Below the pieces are notes generated by a model. It was given only the letters and a program-made list of their open reading frames with translations. It ran no database searches and had not been told where the DNA came from. Of a stretch of DNA of 36,718 bases, positions 35,195-36,718 are shown piece by piece. The position numbers and the translations under genes are program-made. Source of the stretch: a virus (taxonomy: Duplodnaviria > Caudoviricetes); IMG/VR virus record IMGVR_UViG_3300025018_000070, positions 1 through 36,718 of that record. One strand, written 5' to 3'. Numbering within the stretch: the first letter of the stretch is position 1; the number at the start of each line of letters is the position of its first letter.

Positions 35195-35941
35195 ATGAAG
35201 CACGCCATACTCAGCCCGAGCGCGTCTCACCGCTGGTTGGTGTGTCCAGGCAGCGTGGAAGCCAACATCGGCAAACCTTGGACGCAGAGCACCTTCGCCC
35301 TGGAGGGCACCAGTGCGCACGCCTTGCTGGAGGTCTGCCTCCGTCTGGGGGCAGCGCCTGAAGAGTTCTTCGGCGACACGCTGGAGCCTGGACACATGCC
35401 TGTAGACGAAGGCATGACCGACGGTGTTGGCTACGCCTTGGACTACGTAGAGGCGTACACCGCGAACAACCCCAAGACCAAGGTGCTCATCGAGCACGAG
35501 GTTGCGTTTGGGGCAGCTATCGGAGCCACTGACGAGCAAGGCTTCGGCACCAGCGACATCATCCTCGACAACTTCCCTACTGAGGTTGTGGTCATCGATT
35601 ACAAGCATGGCATTGGACACAGTGTGTCGGTGAAGGACAACAGCCAGCTCCTGCTCTACGCAGTGGGCATGCGTGCGCAGCGCGGTAGATACCAACGGTA
35701 TCGCAAGGTGGTGGTCCAGCCCCGTCTGGCCAAGCGCAAGCCAGTGCAAGAAGCCCCTGCCATGACCGACGTCAAGGTGATGCAGTGGGTAGACAAGGTG
35801 GTGCGTCCGATGGTGCCTCTGGCGCTGGGCAAGGGTGCTCCCCGTGTGGCTGGTGCGCACTGCCACTACTGCGTAGCGAACGGTAACTGCTTGGCTCAGT
35901 ACGAGCTGGTGATGAAGAAGGCACAGGAGGAGTTCAAATGA
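35195..35941 (+). CDS. DUF2800 Cas4-like PD-(D/E)XK nuclease, N-terminal part
   Basis: HAILSPSASHRWLVCPGS, EGTSAH, FGTSD, IDYKHG, QLLLYA, HCHYC...C. Confidence 0.9.
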   Translation: MKHAILSPSASHRWLVCPGSVEANIGKPWTQSTFALEGTSAHALLEVCLRLGAAPEEFFGDTLEPGHMPVDEGMTDGVGYALDYVEAYTANNPKTKVLIEHEVAFGAAIGATDEQGFGTSDIILDNFPTEVVVIDYKHGIGHSVSVKDNSQLLLYAVGMRAQRGRYQRYRKVVVQPRLAKRKPVQEAPAMTDVKVMQWVDKVVRPMVPLALGKGAPRVAGAHCHYCVANGNCLAQYELVMKKAQEEFK

Positions 35942-36339
35942 AACCCGGTTCCCTCACACCCAAGCAGATAGCGCAGCTCCTGGACACGCTGGAGATGATG
36001 GACAAGATCGGTGAGGCAGTGCGTGCCCATGCCATCGAGCTGGTGCATGCTGGCACCGTCATCCCCGGCTATGAGGCCAGCTTCACAGCAGCACGACGCA
36101 TGTGGAACGACGAAGAAGCAGCCAACACCACGCTGGAGGAGATGGGTCTTGCCAAGCGCGAACGGTACACGGTAGAGCTCCTCAGCCCTGCCCAAGCCGA
36201 GAAGCTGTTGCGTAGCAAGAAGCTCTGGCCCAAGAAGGTGCGTGGCAGCGCTGGCGATGACTTCACCGACCCACTGAAACCCGTTGTCGGCTACACGGAG
36301 ACCAAGCCAAGCATCCGCAAAGCCAGCAGCGAATCCTGA
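35938..36339 (+). CDS. Protein matching the C-terminal domain of DUF2800 proteins
   Basis: LTPKQIAQLL, IPGY, RMWNDEE, LLSPAQAEK; ATGA overlap; own AGGAGG RBS. Confidence 0.75.
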   Translation: MKPGSLTPKQIAQLLDTLEMMDKIGEAVRAHAIELVHAGTVIPGYEASFTAARRMWNDEEAANTTLEEMGLAKRERYTVELLSPAQAEKLLRSKKLWPKKVRGSAGDDFTDPLKPVVGYTETKPSIRKASSES

Positions 36340-36408
36340 AGTACCCGATACTTCATCCCGTGGTGCTGCAAGGCATCACACCTTAACCTCCAAACCTGAA
36401 AGACCACT

Positions 36409-36718
36409 ATGGCTTCCAATCGACTCCATTCCCCCGAGGGCACTGCCCGCTATGTGAACGTTCTGATTCCTCGCCAACGCAAGGATTCCAAGGGCGTTCT
36501 GTCTGGTGACCCCAAGTACCAGATTACCCTGATCTTCGACGAAGACACAGACATCAAGGCCATGAAGCGTGCAGCACAAGAAGCAGGCATTGAGAAGTTC
36601 GGCCCCAAGTTCCCCGAGCTGGTGAAGAAGGGCAAGATGAACTGGCCTTTCGTTGACAACGAAGACAAGGTTGACGACGACGACAACCCAATCCCCGGCT
36701 TCGAGAATCCAGGCTGCT
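36409..36718 (+). CDS. 5' part of DUF2815 SSB gene (continues through the junction to 428)
   Basis: MASNRLHSPEGTARYVNVLIPR...DPKYQITLIF reads in frame into the ORF ending at 428. Confidence 0.85.
   Translation, partial: MASNRLHSPEGTARYVNVLIPRQRKDSKGVLSGDPKYQITLIFDEDTDIKAMKRAAQEAGIEKFGPKFPELVKKGKMNWPFVDNEDKVDDDDNPIPGFENPGC
36599..36718. repeat. Terminal direct repeat, right copy
   Basis: Identical to 1-120. Confidence 0.95.

Noticed and set aside
35195-35941. CRISPR-associated cas4 or CRISPR array
   Set aside because: Cas4-like DUF2800 is a standard phage replication-module gene; no repeat-spacer array or other cas genes seen

Overview
The window is a complete, circularly assembled dsDNA phage genome of 36,598 bp (positions 1-120 are repeated exactly at 36599-36718). 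The minus strand (~9.7-28.8 kb) carries a P22-like podovirus morphogenesis and lysis module: terS, terL, GNAT, portal, scaffold, coat, gp4/gp10-like tail proteins, three ejection proteins, tailspike, GH108 endolysin and holin-like proteins. The minus strand also carries a primase-helicase. The plus strand carries an APSE/SPO2-type replication module: ParB-like protein, split DUF2800 nuclease, DUF2815 SSB, family A DNA polymerase, VRR-NUC, SNF2 helicase and DenV. The standout is a compact thymidine-hypermodification cluster (5038-8796): amino acid:DNA transferase, P-loop 5hmU-DNA kinase, dUMP hydroxymethylase, HD hydrolase and DUF3310, with none of the usual tailoring enzymes recognisable. Other notable items are a cupin-SET-domain fusion among the virion genes, a dispersed 15-bp palindrome GATACC-RWY-GGTA(T/G)C (candidate ParB/parS-like or operator site), a twice-repeated ~110-bp composite intergenic element, a duplicated early promoter-gene unit, a candidate ncRNA and an antisense sieA-positioned ORF. 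I found no integrase, repressor, tRNA or CRISPR array. All family assignments come from motif recognition by eye, not from database searches.
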